Source: Octopus vulgaris (lineage: Eukaryota). Taken from it: 64,000 nt of DNA. The stretch lies in contig OX597826.1 in assembly GCA_951406725.2 (NCBI GenBank), positions 77,128,001-77,192,000 on the forward strand. Direction: 5' to 3'. The translations under genes and the position numbers were made by a program. Below the pieces are notes generated by a model. It ran no database searches. It had not been told where the DNA came from and was given only the letters and a program-made list of their open reading frames with translations. Shown here piece by piece: positions 15,054 to 30,105 of this stretch. Position 1 is the stretch's first letter, and each line of letters begins with the position of its first letter.

Positions 15054-15720
15054 ACTTATATCTTTCTTACAATTTATATATATATATATATGTGTTTTTA
15101 GCTGTTCTCTCATACCGTACTGGAGTGCACCTTATAATGTGGTACTTGTAAAAAATTATTTCAGTAAATTTTCCATAAGTGTAACTAGGAATTAATTGTG
15201 AAAATGTATTTTCCCGATTTGTTTCCGTAGCATTCCAAGTCAATCTTTGCATTTTGCATCGTGTGTATGTGTCTTCCACACTAGCTTCGGGTTTGGGAAA
15301 TCAAAGATTGAAACTGGTCTGAGCGTACCAGCCAGGAAACCCTCGTCAGTTATATAAGTGTCAAGTCGTTTTGGCCCGGGAATTTATTGGTATGCCTGTG
15401 TGTAGAATACATACTCATACACACTTGCGTAAACATGCACACGCGCGCACATGCACACTTGCGCAGACAGGCAGCTATCACCGTATTTACCTGGGTATAT
15501 TTAACACCTAGTATGAATGCAAGTTAATGTTGTAAATCTAGTTTGCATTTATCACCGTATAAAATTCCAGCCTGGAATGTTTGGCTTACTTGGAATTATT
15601 CCATTTAGGATTAGATTTAACCAAATTGGACAAAAGTGCACCAAGCTGGGCCTAAATATACGACAACGGGCTTTTCCACATAACCTTCGATCTATTCCCA
15701 CCGAAACCTTTAACTATGGA

Positions 15721-15770
<50 letters not shown>

Positions 15771-15791
15771 ATACATATGAATTTTTACATA

Positions 15792-15831
<40 letters not shown>

Positions 15832-15863
15832 CATATATATATATTTGTATATACATATGGATT

Positions 15864-15895
<32 letters not shown>

Positions 15896-15989
15896 TGTAT
15901 GTATGTGTGTGTAACTATATACATACATGTATATATATGTATATATATATATATATACATATATATACATGTATGTATATAGTTACACA

Positions 15990-16032
<43 letters not shown>

Positions 16033-16375
16033 CATGTATATATATATGCATATATAAATGTATATTAATATATATTAAAATATGTATATCTATCTATATA
16101 TGTGTGTGTGTGTGTGTCTGTGTGTGTATGTATATGCATTAATTGTTATATTCAAAATATATTAATATAAACATAAATTCAATGACACAAACACATACGC
16201 GCACGCATAAATGTATACATATATGGATGGTGTATATATCGTTTTCCTGTGCTATGTAAATGATGTATTATGTACATATGTGCGCAGTCATATATATCCA
16301 TACAAAAAGTGTGTATGACTTGATGTGTGCGATTCAGTGTGAGCGTGTGTATACTTGCATGCATAACAACGCTTG

Positions 16376-16413
<38 letters not shown>

Positions 16414-16623
16414 TTTGTTTCTAGGCTATCCTCGCCCGAGGAATTTCAATTGCCAGGAAAATGTAAATCCGTGTAACGAATATGGTGTAAACTTCAACTC
16501 TTATATCGAGACTCTATGGTAAATATTTAATCCAATGCAAATATGGACTTTACTCTTTGTACCTTTTGCCTTATGCGTACGGAATGATAACTTCCAGAGA
16601 TACTGAGTACCACATATATATAC

Positions 16624-16676
<53 letters not shown>

Positions 16677-16850
16677 AGAGAGAGAGAGAGAGAGATAATA
16701 AATATTGATAAATATATGTATATATGTATATATATATGTATATATATATATGTATATGTTTATAGATATAATATATATATATGTATGTATATATATATTT
16801 AATATATTTTATATGTATGTATATATATACTTATATACAAATACATATAC

Positions 16851-16936
<86 letters not shown>

Positions 16937-17008
16937 CAGACAGACTGACAGACAGAAGGAGAGAGACATGCATACATATGTACAAAAGTGTGTGTGATTA
17001 TATATGTA

Positions 17009-17053
<45 letters not shown>

Positions 17054-17383
17054 GCGCATATACAGATATACATATACGTTTGTGTGTATGTATGTGCGTG
17101 TGTGTATATATAAACACATATATAAGTATATATAAATACACACACGCATCCACACACACACACACACACACACATTTTGCCTTCTGTTTAAGTTACTATA
17201 ATGAAATATTTCAACATCTCTCATCAAAGCTGAAAATTAATATTGGACGGCAGATATGCACTCATAACATAATCCAACATCCACAAACAGCATATAAACT
17301 CGTAAGCACATATATATGTGTGTGTATATACATATATATGTATGTGAGCGTGTGTATGTATGTATATATCTGTATATCTATCT

Positions 17384-17423
<40 letters not shown>

Positions 17424-17571
17424 TATATATACATACTCATGCATATATAAGCAGGTACGTTTATACACGTATGCACGTCCATATATATATGTATACACAC
17501 ACACACACACATATACACGTAAATATATACTGGTATACATGCATAAATGAATGACTATTTATATGCATTAA

Positions 17572-17606
<35 letters not shown>

Positions 17607-17799
17607 AATGAATGCTGAATGCGTTTTTATTCCTACGTACACGGGCAAGCATGAATATTTTATCTTAAGGATATTTGATACAGGATTTTATATTTTCCAA
17701 TTTGCAGAAATATTACCTTGCGTATATATAACGCAATATATACTCACATTACAATATCCAACGTATAAATATATGCATGCTTATAGGCACGTACAAATA

Positions 17800-17854
<55 letters not shown>

Positions 17855-17891
17855 CTGTGTGTGAGTGTGTTTGCATATGCGGGTGTGTGTG

Positions 17892-17929
<38 letters not shown>

Positions 17930-18232
17930 ACATATATATGCAACTCATCCTATATATATATAAAATGCAAACCTTATCTATCTATATATATGCATATTTA
18001 TATATATGCACATATGTGTGTGTATGTATGTATATGTACATATTTATGTGTGTGTACGTATGCATATGTATGTATATATATATTATAAGCATATACACAT
18101 ACATACATATACATGCACACATACACGCACACATTCACACACACATACATATATATAATATATAATATATATATATATATGTTTTTATATGTATATATAT
18201 ATATATATATATATTTTATCGCAATTTGACTT

Positions 18233-18316
<84 letters not shown>

Positions 18317-18864
18317 GTTCTACTCTAACATCTTAAGAAATAGTGATAGCTGCAAGGAAAATCTAGTTTTCTGTATAGTATATCCTAAATGAGATTAGAC
18401 GGCCCTATCTGGAATGTCTTTTATCCTAGTTACGTCTGCCCTTTCACAGGCTCGTGGTGAAACAACGAAAATAATACACGCACACACACAAATACCCATT
18501 CACACACACACAAACACTGACACATACTTACACGTGCCCTTCCACCCTAACCTAGACAGGCTAATATCCACATACCTATTTACATAATCTCAGAAACAGT
18601 TCTTCCGAAATAAGAAACCTAAAATATATATAAATCTTATAATAAGGCCGGTATTACGAGGATTTGTGGATGAGACAGAGTAGGGTTTGACATACCATGA
18701 GCGGATGAAGGGCGTGAGGGGAGAGGTGTTGAGTGAGTAAAAGAGAATGGTGAGAATGAGGTGCTAACGTTGGCAGAGGAATTGGGAGGAGGTTTACTTA
18801 AAGAAACGCATTTATCTATTAAGGAAACAGAGATGTACTGGCCTACACCTAGCTGCTTTTACTA

Positions 18865-19310
18865 GGTACTTGTCCTGCTAGAAACAGCAGTCAAATGTGC
18901 CCGACCTCACTGCATCAACGTTAAGGAAGAAAGAGTACATTAGATCATGTCTAGTATGAGTCTTGTTGTGGCTAACCCCCTCCTATGGGGGAAAACCCCC
19001 TCCTATGGGGAATAGGCCGTGGTAAATATGAAACAAAAAACTTTAGATTACCCTATCATATATAGCACTTAAAAAGTCACCGTTCGAATGTCCTGGGTCA
19101 TAGCTTCTTGTTGTTTACAGACTGGTCAACCCCAGGGGAGTAGACTCTGGATCACAAGAATTCTAAATGTGACCATCCCGTCTTTCTCTCCATTGCTAGA
19201 ATCCCTAGACCGCATTACTCGATGGGTCCCATTTCATGACAGCCCGAGTAAATTGTAACAAAGGTTTGGTTGCTATTTCTAGTAGGTCGAGTGACAGCAT
19301 AGAGACTCGT
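18865..19310. repeat. Old dispersed repeat fragments (family D), two opposite orientations
   Basis: cctgctagaaacagcagtcaaat (~18875) and ttggttgctatttctagtaggtcgag (~19266). The same motif recurs near 29655, 41360 and 43350. Confidence 0.5.
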
Positions 19311-19659
19311 TGACTTTCTAATCCTCGTTCTTCTCAATGAGCGTTGATCGGGGGATATTGATCAACGCCAACTGACCACCGACTGACCACCAACTACAGT
19401 ATTAATAGATAAACTGAAATACACGATCGGAATGGTGGGAGACGAACGCTGATGAGAGCCCTGAGACGCTTGAATAATATATTAGAGAGGTATTGCCAAA
19501 TGAGAGTGCGTGTTTGTATATTTGTGTGTGTGTGTACGTTTGCGTTTCCTTGTTTAACATGTATGTATCAAATTGCATTCTCGGGCGATATCCTTGGCCC
19601 AAATACACACCCAAATACACACACATATAAAGCCATACACGCATATATATATATATTTA

Positions 19660-19743
<84 letters not shown>

Positions 19744-19744
19744 C

Positions 19745-19782
<38 letters not shown>

Positions 19783-19954
19783 ACACACACATACACACAA
19801 TTACAGATTCACAGTACATGTGCAAACACACACGAACACACATGACATATATAATTTGCAAAAAAGATGCGCCGCACGAAATATATCTGTGCCTACAACT
19901 ACGTAATTATGTGCATTATCATCATCATTATTATCAAAATTATTATCGTTATTA

Positions 19955-20260
19955 AGGCTGCGAGCTGGCAGAAACATTAGCACGCCGGGCGAACTGCTTA
20001 GCGATATTTCGCCCGTCTTTACGTTCTGAGTTCAAATTCCGCTAAAGTCAACTTTGCCTTTCATCTTTTCGGGGTCGATAAATTATATATATACGTATAT
20101 ATTTATATCATATATATACGTATCCATTTATTTATATTATATATATATATATATGCATGTATATTTTCTCCCACTGGGGTCAACCTAATCGATTGCTCTC
20201 CCCGCTCCACAAAACTTTCGGGCCTTGTGCCTAGAGTAGAAAAGATTGTCATCGTTGTTG
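19955..20260 (+). mobile_element. SINE family A, tail 1, interrupted by a TA-rich insert (~20085-20170)
   Basis: A box tggcagaaac, B box gagttcaaattcc, body motif, tail ggccttgtgcctagagtagaaaagatt. Confidence 0.85.
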
Positions 20261-20261
20261 C

Positions 20262-20631
20262 TATTATTATTATTATTATTATTATTATTGCCTTTGCACA
20301 GCTTCTAACGGTGTCAGTTGTTCACTACCTGTGAACTAAGGTAACACCCCTTATTTTTCGAGCACCTTCCGTTGTATTCGAGCGGTTCCAAGTAGTGCTG
20401 TCTTCAGCAAGTGCTCCACCCTTATTGCAGCCTCTATGTGTTCCATGTACTTCTCCAGATTTTTGCTCACTATTCCCAGGGCTCCGACAATTATTGGTAC
20501 TACTACCACCTTTCCCAAGCTAACCTGTCATATCTCTCGACTTTTCTTTCTTCCTTATCGCATACCTTGTTGTCAGCTGGGCATACTATATCTATGATCC
20601 AGCATATTTTGTTTTCTTTCTCAATTAAGAC
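20262..20631 (-). mobile_element. 5'-truncated R4/Dong-type LINE: restriction-like endonuclease C-terminus + 3'UTR + (TAA)n
   Basis: Minus strand 20631-20351 translates VLIEKENKICWIIDIVCPADNKVCDKEERKVERYDRLAW / KVVVVPIIVGALGIVSKNLEKYMEHIEAAIRVEHLLKTALLGTARIQRKVLEK*. This shows typical RLE motifs (ID..CP, K..Y..L, PIIVGALG, ALLGTARI). Flanked by (TTA)n tracts. Confidence 0.9.
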
Positions 20632-20683
20632 TGTCTTCTTCTTCTTATTATTATTATCATTATTATTATTATTATCATCATCG

Positions 20684-20805
<122 letters not shown>

Positions 20806-21411
20806 TACTGCGGATGTATGTACATATTTGTTTAAAACTCACTCCAGAAAAAAAAAACTGTACTAATCGAAATAAAGTTTAAACAAAAATTCTTGCTACT
20901 TGCTACAACTTGGTGTCTCGCTTCGCAGATGTTGACTAAAGAAAATAATGGATTTGTGTTATATTTTGGTGAAAATTTGTTTTTGCTTTTTTTTTATTCT
21001 CCATTTTTTTTTTTTTTTTCTAATAAAATAAATGCCTTGAAGCTTTTTGAAGTATGCATCCAATAAAATCTCTGAAAATGTGTAAAATGTATATTTTGCA
21101 GACAGAAATAAACCGAAAGTGGGTACAGATTTATTGTAGCGAAACATATTTAAGAGCCGTCGAACTGAAAGGCAAGACAAACATTTTAACGCCACCGAGT
21201 AGAAATCTTGGCAACTGCAGCTGCAGGTATGTTCGAAGTGCTTCGGGTTGTAAAAGACTGGCAGGCATGATTTATTTTACCTGCTTTCTTTCCAACAGTC
21301 AGATCTCTTGATATGGAACGTTTCCCAGAAAGTCGAAAGCAAGGAACGTTTATACACTGAACTGGAGTCAACCCTCCCCAATCGATTATTGAGGCCCTTA
21401 AGGACCTGTGA

Positions 21412-22330
21412 TTGGAAAACAACAATTTAACTATCTTGCAAAGAACGAAACAGTATCTTATCCCATCCAAAGATGAGATTAAGGCACTTCTGGCAGATCT
21501 TTTAAGTGAAATATTGCTCACTGGGAGATGGAGGGCATATGGGACTACAAGTGTCAGCTTTAAAATGGAGGGTGTTGGAAAATCGCAAACCCAAGCAGTC
21601 CGCAATTTAGTTGCCCATAACTGGTTACGTAGTGTTTGTAAAAGAGGAGCCCAAGAGCCACTCCCAGGATCGTCGATTACGGTATCGACCTCTTGCTAGT
21701 GGTTATCTTTGTGGCACAATATAGGCCAGGTGTAATTGCTGATGTAACATTTGGTGGTATGTGGTAAGATGAGATCACCTTGGACATCTATGTCCACACG
21801 ACGACGCAAGACACAAAACTCTAAAACAGTATCCTTGGTGACCTAGTTGTTACACATGCTGCATCATAAGCCATCTAAAAGCTTACTGTAAAGATAGACT
21901 AAAAGAACAAAGCCAACATATCATGGAGGTTGTCTGTCCTAAAGGAACCCCCGACACAACTTGTCGTTTGGCAATAAATTTTCACGTCTTCATAACCAGG
22001 AAACCAAAATGCCAAGAAACCAAACAGTCCTTTCTCGAACTCACAACCGGCAAAGGTAAGGAAAGGCGCCCTCAGCAATAACACCAACTAGTTCTAAACG
22101 ACCAGGCTGTAATCCTTCTTAGCAACATTACTCCTGAATTTAGCAGAACGGAAACGAGAGGCCAACAGAGACAAACAGACTTTCTTTAAGAACCACCAAG
22201 CGGGAAAAGTGAAAACGATGAAGAGGGAAATGGTATCACGTTTTGAATTGCAGTCAAAAGGACAGAATAATCTGTACAACTTTGTGAGTTTAGGAAATGT
22301 TAAATTTCAACGAGTCAGACGACGTGAGGT
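21412..22330 (+). pseudogene. Decayed non-LTR retrotransposon ORF1 (gag-like) with CCHC zinc knuckle
   Basis: 21848-21889 encodes CYTCCIISHLKAYC = CX2CX4HX4C, downstream of the non-low-complexity ORF 21412-21699. Multiple stops and frameshifts; ends uncertain. Confidence 0.65.
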
Positions 22331-22533
22331 CTCTCATGTCAAGTGTACACTATGACCATGACCTTCTTGCAGAAGATCTTGGAATCGCTTTTTATTTCCT
22401 GATAAAATTTTGTATTTTTATTCATACAAACAATATATTGTTTTACAAACATATATTGTAAAACGTTTATCACCCTTTCTTTCATCGCCATCATCATCAT
22501 CAATATTATTATTATTATTGTTGTTGTTGTTAA

Positions 22534-22765
22534 AGCGGCGAGCTGGCAGAATCGTTTGCAAGCTGGACGAAATGCTTAGCCCGTTATTTCGCCCGTCGCT
22601 ACGTTCTGAGTTCAAATTCCACCGAAGTTGACTTTGCCTTTCATCCTTTCGGGGTTCATAAATTAAGTACCAGTAAAAACACTGGGGTCGATGCAATCGA
22701 CTAGTCTCCCCCCCCCCACAAATTTCGGGACTTGTACCTAACGTAGAAAGGATCATTATTATTAT
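22534..22765 (+). mobile_element. SINE family A, full length, tail 1
   Basis: gcggcgagctggcagaatcgtt...gagttcaaattcc...ctttcatcctttcggggt...actggggtcgatgcaatcgact...gtagaaaggatcattatt. Confidence 0.9.
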
Positions 22766-22769
22766 TAAA

Positions 22770-22905
22770 CCTACGAGTTAGCATAATCGTTAGAACATCG
22801 GAAAAATATTACTAGCATTTCCTCCGGCCCTTTATTCGCTGAGTTCAAATCGAGCTGGGGTCAGCTTTGCACTTCATCCTTTCGATGTCGATAAAATAAG
22901 GTACT
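22770..22905 (+). mobile_element. SINE family A, diverged partial copy in tandem
   Basis: gagttcaaatc...cttcatcctttcgatgtcgataaaataag. Confidence 0.7.
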
Positions 22906-23691
22906 TACTAACAGATTTCATACGTACGCGTACATATATGAATATGTATATACATAGTTCAATTTGACAACTCCACCAGAATGGACGAAAGCGCTAATAT
23001 AATTTATAGGATATATGATGTATAAAATCATGTAATATACAAATAAATATCTGTAAATATAAAACCATCCGAGTTTCTGAGTACCTCATTTCTTCAAATA
23101 TAAAATACCTGTACATCATCTCCAAACCTTCTAATGTATATACATATATTCACATAAATACATATGTACATGCATGCACACAATTACGTACACATCTAGA
23201 GAGAAAGAGAGTGAGTGAGTGAGTGAGTGAGTGAGTGAGTGAGTGAGAGAGTGAGTGAAGAGAGTGAGAGAGAAGAGAAAGAGAAAAGGAGAAAAAGGTA
23301 AGAGAGTAATGGGATTTGAAATGTAAAAAGTACATGCTTCATAAATATATAAATTAGCCACGTTAATTGTGAAAAGTAAAGAAAGTTTTTAAACCCCACA
23401 GTCTCCCTCTCTCTCTCTCACTCTCTTTCTCCCCCCTCTCTCTCTCCCTCTCTATGGGCAGCATAAATTCATTGAGCTGGTGTAGTTAAAATTGTTAAAA
23501 CTTCTTTACAGAAACAATAACAATTTCATGATCGTAAAGAGATTAATTTCGCATGGATATTTATAACAGAAGGAGAGAGAGAGAGAGCTAAAAACTGGTC
23601 ATTCAAATTTTCACAACAGGGTATGCGCTGCAAACATGGACAAATTAATTAGTTAATAGTACATTGTATGGTGTATGTGTGCGTATGTGCT

Positions 23692-23722
<31 letters not shown>

Positions 23723-23982
23723 GTCGGTAATTTGAGATGTGAATTATATTTATCACGTGAACATACGATTTAGCGTGGTTAAATTGTATGTTTATTAAAA
23801 ATTTATAACTTACATTTGAAAATTTCATGAAAACACTGAGTAATGTATAAGATTGTTAAATATAAATATACATAACAACACAGGCACACACACACACACA
23901 CACACACAAAAGGACCTACACATGCACGCATATATATATATATATATATATGTATATTATATATATATATATATATTATGTG

Positions 23983-24077
<95 letters not shown>

Positions 24078-24086
24078 GTATATATG

Positions 24087-24129
<43 letters not shown>

Positions 24130-24863
24130 AAATACATATACATAAACCAAACACACACACACAAATATAAACACATACACATGCACACACACACAGACGC
24201 ATACACATATAGGTAAACATAAATACTTACACACATACGTATACATACACATGTAAATAAATATGTATATTCAAATAAATATATACACATATATATAGAT
24301 ATACATACATCGAACACAAACACGTTTACATTGAAATCATAGTCAAGTACTCCAAAAGCCATCAGTTACCAATATTTTCGATCAGTCTACGCTACACCAA
24401 ACATAAGTTGGTGCGTCATTTAGGTTGATATATCTATCCAGGTCCAATTACACATAATTGCACTTTCTTACATATACAACAAAACTCATACACACACACA
24501 TACACACATAACATTATATGTCAGTCACAACATTCTCTGTAAACGCAAACGTAATATTGCGTGATATTCGAAATCCGACGAACACAAACTCCGGCACAAC
24601 CTTAAATATATTTTAATAAATTGTTACATTAATACAGGTTTTGTGTATATAAATCTTACATAGATTAGCCTGCGCATACACATACATGCAGATACGAACA
24701 CCACACATAACGCAAACACGTACGATACAGAGACCGAATGAAAAAAATCTAACATTGATCAATATCTCTTACGCTGTTATAGAACAATTAACAGTTTATA
24801 CTTATGTGAATGTACTTGTGATAACTTAAGTGCACACACACGCACGCACACACATAAATACAC

Positions 24864-25297
<434 letters not shown>

Positions 25298-25560
25298 GGG
25301 GTACGAAGCTAAAGTGTTTTAAGAATCCAGGATCCCATTTGTGCTGGGGTCGGGGCATACCAACTGCGCGTGCGCTCCAGTTTGAGTTTTTGATCACATT
25401 TACACCCAAGTCTCTGATATTTCACACTAGCAGTAACACTCCTCCATTCCTGGAGGAGGAGAATACGGCTGAATATATACATGCATACACACATACACAC
25501 ACACATGCACAAACACAAGCACAGACACACACATACATACACACACACAAACACGCACAC

Positions 25561-25595
<35 letters not shown>

Positions 25596-26154
25596 CTGTA
25601 TATATACATAGATATATACTGTATATGTACACACATATGCATACGTGGATATGTATACATATATAGATACATAGTTAAGTTTGCGTGCATATGGTGTAGA
25701 GAAAGAAAGGGGAAACAGACGGGCACACAGATATATGGAGATGCGTGTGTTTGATTTCTATGTTAGTTTAATTTTGGACCGAATGTTTAAACGGGTTCCT
25801 GCTTTGTGCAAACCTTTTCAGGAAGTGGATATTCTTTGCTATGCAAATATCAAAGCTTAAACTTTCGCTCTTGATTTTTCTTCCGTCGAATATCAGTTAA
25901 TACCATAATTACAAGATTTGTCTCTCAATCACCATATGTATTCAGATATTTTACACATTTTTTTTGTTTGTTTCTAAGTGTCTAAAAGATGGAGTATAAC
26001 CGTATTATCTTTCATTGAACTTCCCTTTGATTATGCCGATGTGGCGTTATCTGCCACTCAAGTTTTGTTCTAAAGACACATCACCTTCGACGTGTATGCA
26101 CATAAGTACTCACATATATAAACATACATTATATTGTGTGTGTGTGTATGTATT

Positions 26155-26192
<38 letters not shown>

Positions 26193-26341
26193 TATTTATT
26201 ATATAGAGGAGTACAGGACAGTACTGTCATTCAAGAGAATTCAGAATCTTCAGCTTCCTGAAGATTTCTCTTGAATGAAAGTATATGTATTCTATATATA
26301 AATTAATTTATCTGTATATTGAGTACCTATTACTGTTAACC

Positions 26342-26371
<30 letters not shown>

Positions 26372-26375
<4 letters not shown>

Positions 26376-26885
26376 CTTATGTGTTTAAATATACACTGTA
26401 TTTTATGAGTAATACATAGTCTTTGGACTAAATTCTTACACGCTAGGCCACAGGAAGTGAAAATTTCTATAAATTTCCATTTCCCTTCGATATGATTATG
26501 TATTGTAAGTTTTGGGGCTAATTTTCGGATTTTAAAAGTTGGCATCTTTTTATTGCCGGCGGGGGCTGCGTCTGCACAGTAGATTTTGAAAAAATTAGGA
26601 TTTATAAACAAGAGGCATTTAGTTGTTCGCTTCGTGTTTTATATATTTAATCTAAGGTGTACCTGTTGAAGAAGATTTCACCCAGCGAATATTTTTTTAT
26701 TTGCTAAACTAAAATCAGAAACCAATTGGTCCAGGAAACTAGATGGTAAAATGTTTTTATTTTTTCATTTCGTTCCTGTCGGATTTTATCCTTAATTTTG
26801 TGATTATAGAATCTAGCTGTTCTTTCTAGCGTGAGGAATCCCATGAGTGGATTCCTTATGTGTTTAAATGTACACTATATTTTAT
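26372..26885. mobile_element. ~510 bp element with 35 bp terminal direct repeats beside (TA)n tracts
   Basis: attccttatgtgtttaaat[a/g]tacact[g/a]tattttat occurs at 26372-26406 and 26851-26885 (spacing 479 bp). Confidence 0.55.
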
Positions 26886-26940
26886 ATATACACACATATA
26901 GAAACATACATTTTATTGTAAGCATATATACATACATACA

Positions 26941-26995
<55 letters not shown>

Positions 26996-27669
26996 GTATA
27001 TAGACACATGTACACATATGTAAATGCATACATATACATAAATGCATGCTTCCATATGTATATAGACATACAGAGGGGCTGCGGTGTCCTGCGGCCCGTC
27101 ATTATTTGCTTTTATGCAACATGGTATAGCCTGATGATTTGAGAGATTCTCAATTGTGTTTTACAGTATTTTATAGATGTTACGCTTTATTCGTACCTGT
27201 TTCTACAATGTTACAATGCAATAAGATATCTTAACGATACGATTGTAGCGATACCGCATAATCCATTCATTTGTCTTTATCGCTTTCTTCGACTTTGGAT
27301 ATTTTTGGAGCTGCGGATTAACAAACTGTAGTGGACTTCCTCTCGATTTGTGCTTTACCACATAGCCATTAATGTAGTGTGCTTAACTTGATATACGCCG
27401 ATCTTAACTTATCCTCTTAAATCAATATACATGCAAATATATATATATATATGTATATGTATATCAAGCTTATATACATATATAGTAACAAATCTTTTTT
27501 TTTTTTTTTTACAATTCACTTACCGATTTCCCGTCAATTTCTTGTACGAAGAAATATTCAGGTTATAATCTACAAACACTTATTCTTACCGCTAACATAC
27601 ATTTATTTTTCTGTCTTTTCTTTTTCTCTCTTTTCCACTCTCTCCTTCTCTCTTCCCCCCTCTCTCTCT

Positions 27670-27724
<55 letters not shown>

Positions 27725-27867
27725 CACACACATACGAATATATGTGTCTGTGCATACACATATGTATATACATGCCTTGTGAAAGACTACAAAATGAACA
27801 TATCATCCATGTGAAGATGTGTAGATGAAGATGAGATAATTGCTGAACACCTGAGGTGAAACAGTCG

Positions 27868-28830
27868 ACATCACCGCCATCACCACCACCACCAAGAACA
27901 ACAACAACAACAACAACAAATTGTCTTGGACTCTGCCTATCACTAACGCCACACCAACAGAATCAATAGACCAAAGATATCACCCTCAAACTACCACCAC
28001 CACCACAACCACAACCATCACCACCATCGCCTCCACCGCTACCACCACCACTACTACCACCTTTACCATTACAACAGTGAATTTCTCACTTCGAAATTAC
28101 CGCCGCCTCATAACTAACAGCAGCATCACCAACAACACCAACAACATCAACCTTCAACGATACTTGCATCATTACTATTGCCACTGCCGATGTCCCCATT
28201 ATCACCACCACCATCAGTGTTATCCTCTTCTTTCTCTTCATCCTCATCGTCGTTGTCATCGTCGTCATCATCATCATCATCATCATCATCAGTGCCTTCA
28301 CTATTATCAACATCATCTTTATCATCGCGTTGCCGTCATCACATCATCATCATCATCATCATCATTGCCATCACCACTTTCACCAACATCATCTTTGTAA
28401 CGGTCAGCATCATCCCCACCACCACCACCACCACCGCCGCCGCCGCCGCCACTCATCTTTATCATCACTGCTGCTACTATGACACCAACATCTACCAATT
28501 TACAGCGCCAGAACAGTCACTACTACCACGACCACCACCTCAAACATAGCGCTGCAAGCATAATCAACGCCACCATCAATAACACCGCCACCACCACCAC
28601 AACCACCACCTTGACCCCCTATCCATACGTAACAGCCTTACACATACCAGCTACCACTACAACGCCACCACTGCCACACTAGGCCCACCATACTATTGCT
28701 CCAAGTATAATCAACATCATTACTTCATCACCAACAACAACATCAACAGCAGTAGCAACAACAACAACCACAATTGAGATGATCACCACCACCACCACCA
28801 CCACCGGTACCACAAGCAGTAGCAGCAAGC
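27868..28830. repeat. ~1 kb mosaic trinucleotide (CAC/CAT/CAA/CGC) low-complexity tract
   Basis: Direct inspection; gives poly-T/H/S pseudo-ORFs in all frames. Confidence 0.9.
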
Positions 28831-29212
28831 TCTGTCTTTGCCTGTCAACTGATTATGATGATAATAAACTTTAGGTGAGTCAGTTATTGGCTGTACAATA
28901 GATAAGGTTGGTGTAGGCTGTAATTAGTGCTAGGTCTTTTCTCTCTTCCTTTTTCACTTCGTCTCTCTCTCTCTCTCTCTCTCTCTCGCCATTTCTATCT
29001 ATCTATCAAGCTGTACATGTATGTATACATATGTGTATTTGTGTCTGTGCGAGTATATAAATATATATATATACACATGCTTATATAAGTTTATATCTGC
29101 CTTATATTTATATATATGTAAATACACATCTTTATCCATCGACTTATATCATTGTTCTACTTATATATGTATGTATATAGATACATACATACATACATAT
29201 ATAAATATTATA

Positions 29213-29341
29213 TTTCATCCCTTTTGGGGTCGATAAATTAAGTACCAGTTACGCACTGGAGTCGATGTAATCGACTTAATACGTTTGTCTGTCCTTGTTT
29301 GTCCCCTCTGTGTTTAGCCCCTTGTGGGAAATAAAGAAATA
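29213..29341 (+). mobile_element. SINE family A, 3' half, tail type 2
   Basis: tttcatcccttttggggtcgataaattaagtaccagttacgcact...gtttgtctgtccttgtttgtcccctctgtgtttagccccttgtggg. Confidence 0.85.
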
Positions 29342-29720
29342 TATATTACAGATATAGAATTAGACGGTAGTGGCGGCGAGGATAGTGTCACGGGGGTGGG
29401 GAGGGCGGCGGTGAGGGTGAGGGTCAGAGCGAAGACGATGCGGCAGCGGCAGTAGGGGAGGATTTGTGATGGGGATGCTTTCGGTTGAATATCATACAAC
29501 TGGGAGTTATGCTGCTTAACCCCTTGTCTTGTCTGCTCAAAAGGGACCTGTGAGTGTCGGTCCTTGGCGCACCAATATTAACTTATAGCTAAAATTACAT
29601 GAGCTAATGTATCCCCATTTTTGTAAGATGATGAGCTTCATTTAAGGAACATTTAACCGCTATTTCTAGCAGTTCGAACGACCACGTAGATAGTCACTCA
29701 TTGAATGGTATGTTGCGAGG

Positions 29721-29788
<68 letters not shown>

Positions 29789-29899
29789 GCACACATATAT
29801 ACATACATGTTCATACGTAGTGATGGATAAATACATACAAACATGCACACATGCGCGCGCAGTAGTACATATATACACATGGGATTCGAGAAAGGAGGA

Positions 29900-30105
29900 G
29901 AGGTCCTTCCCAAACCATACGCTTATAAGCCGGTTCCCCTTATTCTGTGGGGTATCTATGCCACCCACCCTGTTGGGTAGATTGAAGCAACGTGACATGA
30001 AGTGTTTTGTCCAAGAGCACAACGCAGTCCCCGGATCAGGAACCGAAACCACTATCTTACGATCTTGTGTGCAGCATCCTAACCACTAAGCCACGCACCT
30101 CCACC
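29900..30105 (-). mobile_element. SINE family C
   Basis: Reverse strand: gcgtggcttagtggttagg...ggtttcggttcc...ttgtgctcttggacaaaacacttcatgtcacgttgct. Confidence 0.75.

Noticed and set aside
19449-19484. CTGATGA-GAGC..GCTT-GAAT-AATATATTA
   Set aside because: Stem II and a palindromic stem III are suggestive, but GAAA is disrupted and stem I cannot form; at best a very decayed copy.
27132-27156. CTGATGA followed by a ttgaga/tctcaa hairpin
   Set aside because: No GAAA or stem III downstream.
27921-28682. Thr/His/Ser-rich ORFs resembling mucin or His-rich proteins
   Set aside because: Mosaic trinucleotide repeat open in several frames and on both strands; no splice or domain support.
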